DNA of 64,000 bases from NCBI RefSeq assembly GCF_006345805.1, contig NC_043024.1, forward strand, positions 62,001 to 126,000, read 5' to 3'. Source of the stretch: Octopus sinensis. Lineage: Eukaryota. Below the pieces are notes generated by a model. It was not told where the DNA came from, searched no databases, and saw only the letters and a list, made by a program, of their open reading frames with translations. Below are positions 50,921-62,994 of the stretch, piece after piece. Each line of letters starts with the position of its first letter. Within the stretch, counting starts at the first letter, position 1. Made by a program: the position numbers and the translations under genes.

Positions 50921-51387
50921 GTAGAGAAATCTCGAGTTGCACATGAGAAAGTAAGGAGAGATGTCAGGAAGGGCATCGCTGTTACACTTCCAGAAGGGAA
51001 GGGTCTTCCTTTGATTCTGACATGCAATGTCAGTGCAAGACCCTGCCTTAGTAAAGCTGGACTCATGAGTCATCTTCGTAGTCATAAAACGAGACAGATG
51101 AGTGACAACCTGGCCACTATTGGTGGTGTAACACACCATACTAATCATATCTGTCGGGCATGTGGAAGAGAGTGTAATTCAGCAGGAGGACTTAAACGAC
51201 ATGCAAAGGTACATGAAGCCCAGTTACAACTACAGCCGACTATTACCAGTAAAGGTTTTAGTTGCCAATGTTGTACAAGACATTGTAGATCTTTAGCTGG
51301 GCTAAAAAGTCACATTCGATCACAGCACCAGTAACAGTTAAGCTTCGTGCAATGGCCATACTCGATAACGAGGGGGCAGCCATGATG
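50921..51387 (+). mobile_element. 5'-truncated RTE-clade LINE 3' end with three C2H2 fingers
   Basis: CNVS..CLSKAGLMSHLRSH, CRACGRECNSAGGLKRHAKVH and CQCCTRHCRSLAGLKSHIRSQH, stop at 51332-51334. RTE-like 3'UTR ctcgataacgagggggcagcc-atgatg. Sits in (TATG)n. Confidence 0.75.
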
Positions 51388-51949
51388 TATGTTTGTATGT
51401 CTATCTTTCTCTTCTTAATTTAGAATAAATTTTGGCCGGCCTCCCGCTTGACAGCAAGCTTGTGAAGAAAAGCGTCTCGTTTTAACCATGATCCTATCAA
51501 TCTGAAGAAAATCTTGCAGATAGTCCTAGATATCGTCATCATGTATAGTACGTTTGTTTGTCTGTATGTATGCGTATGTACATAAATGTGTGTACCATAA
51601 AGACTGTTAACCACCATCAACATTAATGCACCACCGCAACTACCATTCCAGGCATCGTCATCACCACAACAATGACTGTTTCTCTTGTTACCATAACAAC
51701 ATAGTAATCACTACACCAGCTACTATGCTTATCATAAACGTCGTCGTTACATTTACTGCCACTACCACTACCAAAATTAGCAGTACCACAACTGTAACAG
51801 TCACAAACATCGTCAGCACAACCATCTCCTCTACCGACACAACCCAACCACAAAAAGCGACACCACAGTCACTGCAAAATCCGCCACAACCACCATCGCT
51901 CCTACTACCACAAATAGACAAATAGAACCACCATCACCGCCACCACCAC

Positions 51950-52335
51950 CACCGCCACCACCATCGCACCCCACCATCCCCACCATCACGCTACAACAAA
52001 TAGACAAATAACACCACTGTCATACAGCCATCGCCACCACCGCCATCACCACCACCGCCGTCACCACCGGTACCACAACTGGCACCAACGTCGCCCCCAC
52101 CGTTACCACTACAAATAAGCAGAAAAATAGCACCACCATCACCGCCACCACCATCGCACCCCACCATCCTCACCATCACGCTACAACAAATAGACAAATA
52201 ACACCACTGTCATACAGCCATCGCCACCACCGCCATCACCACCACCGCCGTCACCACCGGTACCAAAACTGGCACCAACGTCGCCCCCACCGTCACCACT
52301 ACAAATAAGCAGAAAAATAGCACCACCATCACCGT
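51950..52335. repeat. 190-bp direct duplication in an ACC-rich low-complexity tract
   Basis: aatagacaaataacaccactgt at about 51998 and 52188. Confidence 0.85.
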
Positions 52336-52749
52336 CACCACAGCCATGTCTACCACCGACAGAGATGGCACCACAAACACCTTCCTCATCACCGCCACGA
52401 CCAAAAACAATATCGCCACTACAGCAAACAACAACACCGCCGCCATCAACAACACCACCGCCATCAACAATAACAAAAAATTAAATCACCAAAAATAAAA
52501 AAATTTTTTCTGAGAATTTCCACTCTAAGCGATTGAATGTATTTCGGTCGATTTAATTCTTTTACAAGAACCGTTGTATTCTTGACAGTGTGGGAGGGTA
52601 GGATTTCAGAATATTGGTAAATAAAATCTTGGATTAAATCGGCACTGTCTTGTATTCTTTACATTCTATAATACAGTGTGCATCACTCTCCTTGTCTAGT
52701 ACACACACACACACACACACAAACACACACACTCACACAATATATATAT

Positions 52750-52800
<51 letters not shown>

Positions 52801-52901
52801 GGAAGTGTCTTCTGCTATAGCCCGGGCCGACCAATGCCTTGTGAGTGGATTTGGTAGACGGAAACTGAAAGAAGCCTGTCGTATATATGTATATATATGT
52901 G

Positions 52902-52941
<40 letters not shown>

Positions 52942-53130
52942 TGTGTCTGTGTTTGTCCCCCTAGTATTGCTTGACAACCGATGCGGTTACTTAGCGGTTC
53001 GGCAAAAGAGACCGATAGAATAAGTACTGGGCTTACAAAGAATAAGTCCCGGGGTCGATTTGCTCGACTAAAGGCGGTGCTCCAGCATGGCCGCAGTCAA
53101 ATGACTGAAACAAGTAAATAGTAAGAGTAA
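52801..53130 (+). mobile_element. CORE-type SINE lacking its head
   Basis: Matches 23810-24190. Confidence 0.85.
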
Positions 53131-53150
53131 AGAGATACACATATATATAT

Positions 53151-53214
<64 letters not shown>

Positions 53215-53245
53215 TATATATAATATATATATATAATATATATAC

Positions 53246-53306
<61 letters not shown>

Positions 53307-53572
53307 CGTCGTCCCCTTTTCTGGTATAATTTTTTCTCTCGTCTTCTCTCGTCGTTCTTTCTCGCTTTTCCTCAGAGAGCACCCATGTTGCTCAAATATT
53401 GTCTGATAGTACACGGTATGCTATAGAAGCTCGCCCGGCTTTAGTACTATCGTGCACATAGAACTTAAAGTAGCTCAGCTTTTTAGTTCTGCATAACTTA
53501 TATTTATCTCTTGGTGGAAACATTTTTGTTGATCTTAATATTTAAGGGAACATTATACAATATATATATATA

Positions 53573-53878
53573 TTACGGAGATGTACTTGCATAGTAAGTG
53601 ACCTGAGCTGAGATTGTGCTGAAACAAACACAAGTGCAGCGTGGAAGGTGTTTATAAGCCATTTAAGAAACACACAAAAAACCGTTAGCTCCACTTCAAC
53701 ATCTAAATTTAATTTGCCAAAATATTTTCGTCACTTTGAATCCATGACCTGTTAACTGACAAATAGAGAGATTCAGCACGGTATTTTGTCAGTGAACAGG
53801 TCACGGTCTCAAAGCGACGGAAATATATTGGCAAATTAAATTTAGATGGTGAAGTGAATCTAACGGGTTTTGTGTGTT
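53573..53878 (-). mobile_element. Fold-back element (arms 53669-53765 / 53782-53878) with tail into (TA)n and a G3-C8 HHR in each arm
   Basis: The arms are reverse complements. Their consensus is UUUGUCA-GUGAACA-G-GUC..GAC-GAAA-AUAUU-U-UGGCAAA. Confidence 0.8.
53713..53763 (-). ncRNA. Type I HHR with G3-C8 swap (G5 mutated in this arm)
   Basis: UUUGUCA / GUUAACA / G-GUCAU..GUGAC / GAAA (53729-53726) / AAUAUU palindrome / U17 (53720) / UGGCAAA. The other arm keeps GTGAACA at 53792-53798. Confidence 0.55.
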
Positions 53879-54482
53879 ATCAAGCATGTGAAACACTGGA
53901 CGTGAAAGGCCCTAGTTCTCATTAGAACAGCTCTTTTAAGAGAAGGTAAATTGTAAATTAAAAGTCTTGAAGTGCAGTCGATGTGTATTCGCCATGACTC
54001 CTGTTGTGTCACTTGTTTTATGGCTAATTGCGCTGAAAAGAGGTTCAGTGCTGTGCAACACTTCATGCACTCAAAAATGAATTATAGTTAATACCTAACT
54101 GAACTCACATATCATTTTTTCTCATAAGGATAAATATGAATCTTCTAGAATCTATTTTGCTGTTTCCTTTCTCAAGTCCTTTGTAAAAATTTTGTTTATA
54201 CTTTTTGCACTGAAGAGTACAGTAATATATAATTAATTTAAGTAATTCAATACAACCATGAATTTGCATGATTTTTTATATCTCCGTACGAAACGATTAA
54301 AATTCTCTTATATGTTTAACATTTTTCTCTTCTCCATTTTTAACAAAATTATCGAGCTTTATAGGATTTCTTTCCATAAATTCACAACACACCATACACA
54401 AGTATATATTTGTTACACATACACACACACACACATATATATTTATATATATATATATATAATTATATATATATATATATAA

Positions 54483-54522
<40 letters not shown>

Positions 54523-55266
54523 TATATATATATAATATATATATGTGTATATATATATGTGTATATATATATGTGTATATATATATGTTATATATATATA
54601 TATATACATATATATTTATATATATATATATATATATAATATATATATAGTATGTATGTATGTGTATGTGTGTGTGTATATATACATGTACAATATATAT
54701 ATACACACACATACATATGTATATAGTTAGTAGTTAGGTTATATTTTGTTAAGAAAGTAGTAGAGTAAAGTATAAACCTCGTTCACCTTCAGATTTCACC
54801 CTGCGCTATGCAACTTATTCAATTACATATGTATATATATGGAATATACAAGGAATTTTCGTCAACCGGTGTCATGTAAGAGGTATGTACTCTGAGTGAT
54901 CCGTTTGATTTACCACTAAAATTCCGGTTTGAACTACTATTGGAAAGTGTGGTGTTGAGACTGTCTATCTGAGACGGCTATAAGTTGTTTCTCTTTGAGC
55001 GGCTAGATATAGAATAAAATGGAAAACGAATAAGCAAAACATTTGGCATCATTTGAGAAAAAAGCATTTTAGATAGGGAATATAAACATATAGCATCTCT
55101 TCTAGCTGTTTCTAGAACAGCAATGCATGTGATAATGATGATAATGATGATGATAATGATGATGATGATGATGATGATGATGATATGATGATGATGATGA
55201 TGATGATGATCTCTTTGAGATCATCATTAGGAAAACGAAAGAGGTTGAAAAAAATCTTCAAGTACT

Positions 55267-55500
55267 TATTTCTTTACTACCCACAAGGGGATACACACAA
55301 AGTGGACAAATAAAGGACAGACAAAGGGATGAAGTCGATTATATTGACCCCAGTGCGTAACTGGTACTTAATTTATCGACCCCGAAGGGACAAAAGGCAA
55401 AGTCGCCCTCGACGTAATTTGAACTCAGTACGTAACGACAGACGAAATACCGTTAAGCATTTCGCCCGTTGTGGTAACGTTTCTGCCAGCTCGCCGCCTT
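55267..55500 (-). mobile_element. Full-length Meta-like SINE with tail B
   Basis: Head aaggcggcgagctggcagaaacg, tail ...gtgggtagtaaagaaata. Confidence 0.85.
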
Positions 55501-55504
55501 AATC

Positions 55505-55792
55505 TGCAAGTACTCCGAATCTTCAAGTTCTCCGAATTAAAAGTAGAAATGGCAAGACTGTATGGAATGCGAGGGGGTAATGTAAAAGTGATACAATGGG
55601 CTCAATCCCATTGAAACTCCAAGACTTTTTAAGACAACTGGAAATCCCTCGAAAGGATGATGTCTTGCAAAAAGCAGTCTTATTGGGCACAGCACACATC
55701 TTAAGGAAAGCATTATTTGTCTGAGGTCCTTGTTGTAACTTGACCTTTGATTAAAGACTCCGGTACATTTTTACCTACACTGTGTCACGAAG
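55505..55792 (+). mobile_element. R4/Dong 3' end (another family) followed by (TAA)n-like repeats
   Basis: KFSELKVEMARLYGM...GSIP...LQKAVLLGTAHILRKAL-stop, a short UTR, then gaataataatgataat. Confidence 0.8.
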
Positions 55793-55869
55793 GAATAATA
55801 ATGATAATAATAATAATAATGATGATGATAGCAACAGTAACAAACGCATTAAGATTAAAAGGATAGACC

Positions 55870-56735
55870 GAAGAAAGAAAAAGAAAGAAGAAATGAAAAA
55901 GGGAATGAAAAGGAAAGAAAAAGCAACAGGATAGAAGAAAAGGAAAGAAGGAAGGAAGGAAGGAAGAAGAAAGGAAGGAAGGAAGGAAGGAAGGAAGAAA
56001 GGAAGGAAAGAAGGAAGGAAGAAAGGAAGAAAGGAAGGAAAGAAGGAAGGAAGAAAGGAAGAAAGGAAGAAAGGAAGGAAAGCAGGAAGGAAGGAAGGAA
56101 GGAAGGAAGGGAGGAAGGAAGGGAGGAAGCAAGGCTGGAGGGAAGAAGGAAAGGAAGGAAGGCAGGTAGGAAGGAAAGAAGGAAGGAAGGCTGGAAGGAA
56201 GGAGGAAAGGAAGGAAGGAAGGAAGGAAAGAAGGAAGGAAAGGAAGAAGGAAGAAAGGAAGGAAGGAAAGGAAGGTAGGAAGGTAGGAAGGAAGGTAGGA
56301 AGGAAGGAAGGAAGGAAGGAAGAAAGGAAGGCAGGAAGGAAGGAAGGAAGGAAGGAAGGAAGGAAGGAAGGAAAGGAAGGTAGGAAGGTAAGGAAGGAAG
56401 GTAGGAAGGAAGGAAGGAAGGAAGGAAGGAAGAGGAAGAAAGGAAGGCAGGAAGGAAGGAAGGCAGGAAGGAAGGAAGAAAGAAAGGAAGGGAAGAAGGA
56501 AGGAAGAAAGGAAAAAAGGAAGGAAAGCAGGAAGGAAGGAAGGAAGGAAGGAAGGAAGGAAGGAAGGAAGGCAGAAGGAAAGGAAGGAAGGAAGGAAGGA
56601 AGGAAGGAAGGAAAGGAAGAAGGAAGGAAGGAAGGTAGGTAGGAAGGAGGGAGGGGAGGAAGGAAGGGAGAAGGAAGGAGAGAAGGAAGGAAGGAAGGAA
56701 GGAAGGAAGGAAGGAAGGAAGGAAGGAAGGAAGGA
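55870..56735. repeat. (GGAA)n compound microsatellite
   Basis: Directly visible; source of the 319-aa PSFL ORF. Confidence 0.95.
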
Positions 56736-57252
56736 TGGGAATGAGAGTACTGTTAAGATTCCATTCCTGCAGAGAAAATATATTTGTATTGGTTCTTAAT
56801 CTAATCTTCGGCAATGCGTTCTCTCAGGAGAATTTGAAGCCACTTTACGGAATTAACACATCATCATCATCATCATCAACAACAACAAGAACATTATCAA
56901 CAGCGACATCAACATCAATACGTCTTCGACATCTATGCCTCCACGTGGTCATATAATTTGGTAGAAATGGCAGTAAATATTACGTCTTGAAGTTATATGA
57001 ATGGGACAAGGTGCGTTAAAAGAAATTTATTGTAGTGCAGATGTGTGGGAGTTTTGCCGACCCACATCGATGGGTTGCCACCAGGCAGCTTTGGTGTTAC
57101 TGTGGAAGCGATCGAAACTACGACAGAGCTTTCTCACCGCCTAATGAGAGGCGAGTGCTGCATTCGGAAACGGAGTGCAAACAACATCAGCAAAGAAGTG
57201 GTTATCTTAAAACGAGATGGTCTTTGGGCTTAGGATTTATATATATATATAT

Positions 57253-57656
57253 ACTCTTTTACTCTTTTACTTGTTTCAGTCATTTGACTGCGGCCATACT
57301 GGAGCACCGCCTTTAGTCGACCAAATCGACTCCGGGACTTATTCTTTGTAAGCCCAGTACTTATTCTATCGGTCTCTTTTGCCGAACCGCTAGGTTACGG
57401 GGACGTAACACACCAGCATCGGGTTCAAGCAATGCTAGGGGACAAACACAGACACACAAAACACACATACATATATATATATATACATAATATACGACAG
57501 GCTTCTTTCAGTTTCTGTCTACCAAATCCACTCACAAGGCATTGGTCGCCCCGAGGCTATAGCAGAAGACACTTGCCCAAGATGCCACGCAGTGGGACTG
57601 AACCCGGAACCATGTGGTTGGTTAGCAAGCTACTTACCACACAGCCACTCCTGCGC
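57253..57656 (-). mobile_element. Full-length CORE-type SINE
   Basis: Close reverse complement of 23732-24190. Confidence 0.9.
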
Positions 57657-57703
57657 ATATATGTATATATATATATGATATGTGACAACTATTCGGTAGC
57701 CAT

Positions 57704-57764
57704 GATAAAACTCCGAGTTTCGGATGCCGAGGTGGAAATCCACGCCGCCATCTCTTCAGTTATC
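57704..57764 (-). ncRNA. Type I HHR with intact core (left arm)
   Basis: Reverse complement of 57823-57883; CUGAAGA at 57759-57753. Confidence 0.7.
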
Positions 57765-57822
57765 CGGCCATCGGAAAAAATACTATGAAAAGACTTGTAT
57801 TCATAGTATTTTCCGATGGCTG

Positions 57823-57883
57823 GATAACTGAAGAGATAGCGGCGTGGATTTCCACCTCGGCATCCGAAACTCGGAGTTTTATC
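57823..57883 (+). ncRNA. Type I HHR with intact core (right arm)
   Basis: gataa / CTGAAGA (57828-57834) / stem II containing gtgga..tccac / GAAA (57866-57869) / ACTCGGAGT / U17 (57878) / ttatc. Confidence 0.7.
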
Positions 57884-57987
57884 ATGGCTACCGAATAATT
57901 GTCACATATTACATTTACAGATAAATTCCTCTATTTACATAATATCGAGGTCTCTTTCATTCTTTTGTTGTCTTGCCATTTTTATAT

Positions 57988-58032
<45 letters not shown>

Positions 58033-58559
58033 TATATATTATATATATATATAATATAATATAATATAATATAATATGATATAATATAATATAAAAGAAA
58101 GAGAGAGAGAGAGAATATGGGCAGTTGCATATGCAAAGAGGCATAATTTCCTGTGCAGCTTCGGTCAGGGTCTTCCAACCAGCTTGGCTCAAAGCGAACT
58201 GAATTCAGTTAGTTGTTTATTGGTTAAGGTTCAGGATAAAGCGAGGGTAAATTTTGTGTCTGAGTGTTGATCTGTTTGTAAACTTGTATGGCTGACCTCT
58301 GCTTCACCCCAGTTGCTGGGCGAAGATCCAAGTTTGTTTTACTGTTTTGGTGGGCTTCTTTGTGTATTGTAGTAGATGGGTACTTAATAAGCTTACTTTC
58401 AAGAATAGTTTTTGTAATGTTTTTTTTTTAATTGAGGGTAGTTCAGTTCTGTTACCGTCTTAGTTATTCAGATATTTTCGTGGTTTTAGTATTTATTATT
58501 CTTGGTAGTAAAAGGGAAAAGGGTTAGTTCTAGTACTAGGTTAGTTCTATCTTTTCATT

Positions 58560-58990
58560 CCCACCCAACTGTGGGTGGCATATTGAGCTACCGAGAATGT
58601 ATGTTAAATTTCTTAAAGGTTTTGACAAGTTTATGTAAGCATCTTATAGTTTGTTTCAGCCTGTTATTAAGTAATTTGTGTCCTGATGTAAAGATTTGGT
58701 ATATTTCTTCTATACACAACTCACATCTATGTTCCCTGTCCCATACGATTTAGCCATAGTAATTATCTCTCACTCTGTGGTAAAGCTATGGTTCTTATCT
58801 TTAAGAAAGCAGATTAGTCTGCCTAAGCTCGTGCTGTTCCTCTTATTCCTATCCCTAAATGAATTTAAATTATTTACTAGACTTTTTTGTAAATATTTAG
58901 CAAGTTAACCCCAATATGGAAGTACGTCCTTCCTTCAGGTATGATCTTGCATCGATACACTGGATTCTTCTTCAAACATACCCTGCTACA
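58560..58990 (-). pseudogene. Decayed Penelope-like GIY-YIG endonuclease (Naiad-like CxxC...CxH tail)
   Basis: Joined frames read PVYRCKI...YFHIG...NNLNSFRDRNKRNSTSLGRLICFLKDK...W(stop)EII..AKSY...RCELCIEEIYQI...LLNNR...CLHK. The A-rich region after it (58140-58560) is probably the terminal repeat. Confidence 0.7.
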
Positions 58991-59144
58991 TTGTGTGTTA
59001 TATTGCCGTTAGTGTTCGAGTCTCGTCTGTTACAAACTGTTCCTTTCCTGTCATCTAGCGTTTCGACAAATAAAACCGATGGAATAAGTAACATGCATGT
59101 CACTGCATGTCACATGTCACTGCATGTCACATGTCTTGTACGTC

Positions 59145-59202
59145 GGGCCGACCAAAGCCTTGTGAGTGGATTTAGTAGACGGAAACTAAAAGAAGCCTGT
59201 CG

Positions 59203-59257
<55 letters not shown>

Positions 59258-59410
59258 TGTGTGTGTGTGTGCAGCACCCATAACTTAACGGTTCGACAAA
59301 AATGATCAAAAACATAAATGTTCTGGGGTCGATACATTCGACTAAAATTTCTTCTAGGCGGTGCTCCAGTATGGTCGCAGTCTAATAATGACTGAAAGAA
59401 GTAAAATATA
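59145..59410 (+). mobile_element. Partial CORE-type SINE
   Basis: cgggccgaccaaagccttgtgagtgg...ggcggtgctccagtatgg. Confidence 0.8.
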
Positions 59411-59769
59411 AGATATAACATAAAAGACAAACACTTCAATCTGGTGGCCCAGCTCGGCTGCAGACCAGTTCAGTGAAGCAGGTAATCGATAGATGATAAA
59501 ATAATCAGGCAGAGGAACCCTCACTGATTGGTATCTACCACCATTATCGATTTTATATGAAGAAAACATTTGTTTAGTTGTTATCAGAGATTAAATTTCA
59601 ATTATCTATTTTTCATCGGAAGATTACCGTTAATCATAGAATATCGATTAATCCTGTGGTTCTCAAATCAATTTGGGTTCAGGGTGCCATAGAGATCAAT
59701 AACAAGAAGTTTTGCCACCATTTGTTTCAGCTCTTTACACTGTTTTTTTTTTTTTAATATATATTTTAT

Positions 59770-60030
59770 CTGTTCTAAGCTTCAGTCATTGGACTAAGGC
59801 CATGCTGGGGTACCACCTTGAGGGGTGTACTAGAATAAAGCGGCACCAGGATTTGGTTTTGCGGGCTTTTTGTGTTTTTCTTTTTGTTTTTCGGCTTTCA
59901 GTCCGGTACTTATTCTATCTGTCTTTTTTCAAACCGCTAAGTTATGAGGACGTATACAAACGAACACCGGTTGTCAAGCGGTGTAGAGGAACATATACAA
60001 AAACAAGGACACCCACATCTACACACACAC
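59770..60030 (-). mobile_element. Degenerate CORE-type SINE tail
   Basis: ttcagtcattggactaaggccatgctggg...ttattctatc...aaccgctaagttatg. Confidence 0.65.
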
Positions 60031-60109
60031 ACACAGATATATACATGGCTGCAGTTTAATTACTAAAGCAAGTAAAAGATAAATAAATATATATATATAT
60101 ATATATATT

Positions 60110-60486
60110 GATAAAAACGGTCAGATAACAAAAGAAAGAAAGAGACCTCAATATTATGTAAATAGAGGAAATTTATCTATAAAATAATATGTGACAATTA
60201 CTCAATAGTCAAGATAAAACTCTGAGTTTCAAATGCCGAAGTGGAAATCCACAACACCATCTCTTCGGTTATTTGGCCATCTGAAAAACGCTATGAAAAA
60301 ATACCGTTCTTTTTTTTTTGTTTTATCCGAAAAAAGTGCTTTTTTCTTGGAGCTTTTTATATGTTTATATCTTTTTTCATAGCGTTTTTCAGATGGCCAG
60401 ATAACCTAAGAGATGGTGTTGTGGATTTCCACTTCGGCATCTGAAACTCACAGTTTTATCTTGACTATTGAGTAATTGTAACATAT

Positions 60487-60490
<4 letters not shown>
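60110..60490 (-). mobile_element. Fold-back element of the same family as 57679-57985; HHR cores mutated (U4 to C in both arms)
   Basis: Arms about 60183-60301 and 60371-60490. Cores are CCGAAGA and CCTAAGA, and GAAA-CTCA(G/C)AG-TT-ttatc is retained. Confidence 0.85.
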
Positions 60491-60564
<74 letters not shown>

Positions 60565-60574
60565 ATATATACAC

Positions 60575-60650
<76 letters not shown>

Positions 60651-60712
60651 CCCGTACACACACACACACACGCACGCACACACACAAATATATATGCATA
60701 TACGAATATATA

Positions 60713-61620
60713 CGAGGTGGTATCAAAAAGTTCACAGACTAGGTATGTTTAATAGAAAAAAAATATTTACCTAAGTTTTAATACCATTTCTTCCGAAACT
60801 GTGACCTTGCATAACAATATTCCGGTCACAGCGTCCCTGGTCTTTTGAAATCCGGCCTGGAAGTCGTTTTCCGTAAGCGAGTTGAGGACCTTTTGCAATT
60901 CGTTCTTGATCTCGACAGCAGTATTAAAACGGCGACCTTTGAATTAAATTTTTATCTTGGGGAGGTGATGGAAGTCTGCAGGTGTTAAATCTGGGGAATA
61001 GGGCTGGTACGGAAGCGATGCCATGTTGTTTTTGGCGAAAATTTCACGAGTGAGGAAAGCTTGGTGACGGTGCATTGTCATCGTGAAGAATTCAATTCTT
61101 CGCGCCCCATAAATCCGGTCGCCTTTGCCGAATGTCCTCTCTCAAATGCTTCAAAACATCTTTGATTGTCCTCCGACGATTCTTATTCACAAGCTGATGG
61201 ATTTTCTCCACATTTCCAGGGTGACGCTTGTGGCACATCTTCCAGATCGCTCATCGTCCTTCAGGGATATCCATACGCTTTTGAAACGCCTGCATCACTC
61301 GAAACATTACGAACCATTGCCTTGTTGCTGTAAGATGGCCGAAGCATGCTCAATGTCTCTGTAGGAGACCTCTCCTAGTTTAACGCATAAGTTCACGTTG
61401 GCTCTTTGTTTCAACTCCCTGTCCATGACGAAATCGCAGACTACAGCATACACGTGATCACAAAACACGACATTTCACAGCGTGCAAAGTAAACACAGCA
61501 ATCTCATGCGGCACACTGCCTTATGAAGGTCCCTGCTAGCTCCCACTGCGCACGCAACCTTGTGTTGACATCTGTTAGCGCACTACACAACTAGTCCGGA
61601 AACTTTTTGATAGTATCTCA
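60713..61620 (-). mobile_element. Internally deleted mariner with both TIRs and TA target duplication
   Basis: TA-cgaggtggtatcaaaaagtt ... aactttttgatagtatctca-TA; QRANV..CVKLG, DDERSGR, HDDNAP and PYSPDLTPADF. The region with the first catalytic D is deleted. Confidence 0.88.
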
Positions 61621-61721
61621 TATGCACATGTGCATATACATACGCACACATATAAATATACATGTATACACAAACACACACACATATACAATCTATATAT
61701 ATGTATGTATTACGTATGCAC

Positions 61722-61761
<40 letters not shown>

Positions 61762-62111
61762 TGTGTGCATATACACATACATATATGTACATACATATAT
61801 ATGTATATAAATATGCACATATGGGTACAGGACGTCACAAAACGTAAACAACATGAAATACGAAAATAAAGTTGGGTACGCAAAGAACGAGAGAAACAAA
61901 TGGAAAACAAAACAAGTAACATAAAAATTACCCTTCATCAGTTGTCAGCTGTCCGTCTACGTCAAGGGATCACGTGTCTGTGGAGTACTCAACCACTTGC
62001 ACATTAATTTCACGAGCAGCCTGTTCTGTTGATCGAATTAATGGGACACGCACACACATACCACACACACAAACACATGCATACATATATTACATACATA
62101 ATAATATAGAT

Positions 62112-62149
<38 letters not shown>

Positions 62150-62312
62150 GCACACGCACATGCGCGTGTGTGTATTTTCAATGTTTGTTCTAGGTTTAAT
62201 TTTCTACACAACATATCACTCCCTCACCCCCTCTCTCTCTCTCTTCGCCTCAAATGAAGACCATCTCAATATCACTTCACCACCTTTTAAGCGGTTGATT
62301 TCTCAAATAAAT

Positions 62313-62397
62313 CATCATCAGCATCAGCATCATCATCATCATCATCATCATCTTCATCATCATCATCATCATCGTCATCGTCATCGCCATCGTCATC

Positions 62398-62448
<51 letters not shown>

Positions 62449-62496
62449 GTCATCGTCATCGTCATCGTCATCATCATCATCGTCATCATCATCATC

Positions 62497-62544
<48 letters not shown>

Positions 62545-62610
62545 GTCATCGTCATCGTCATCGTCATCATCATCATCATCATCGTCATCGTCGTCGTCGT
62601 CGTCATCATT
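62313..62610. repeat. (CAT/CGT)n microsatellite
   Basis: Directly visible. Confidence 0.95.
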
Positions 62611-62994
62611 GCCAAGCTGCTTATATTATTTCAGACGTATGTAATTACTGTTTGAGCTTTCATAAACCGACTTAGGATGATATTACATTTTGTTAAAATA
62701 ACACCAACCAACCAACCAACCAACCAACCAACCAACCAACCAACCAACAGAACGTCCCACCTGCCCACCCGCCCGCCAGCCGGCCGGTCGGCCAGCCAGA
62801 TCCATCTAATATTTCAAGCGATTAACATCACCATCAATGTTTTAAATGTCAATTTTTCACAATCGAATGAATGGACCTAATCGATAAAGTTGTTCGTTTG
62901 ATGGTGATTGACTGAACGGAAATTTTATTGATGTCAAACATAAAACAATGAGACCAATAATAATGATAATGATGGTGATGATGATGATACTTTT

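Larger units (their letters stand above)
57679..57985 (+). mobile_element. Fold-back element (palindrome 57679-57908) with tail into (TA)n
   Basis: Arms of about 110 bp with about 4 differences and a loop of about 11 nt. The tail matches 60110-60190 in reverse. Confidence 0.9.

Noticed and set aside
50786-51334. Host C2H2 zinc-finger gene
   Set aside because: The ATG comes from a TATG microsatellite, there are no TGEKP linkers, and the finger pattern and 3'UTR are RTE-like.
51626-52480. Thr-rich mucin-like exon
   Set aside because: ACC-based low complexity with stops in every frame and no clear splice sites.
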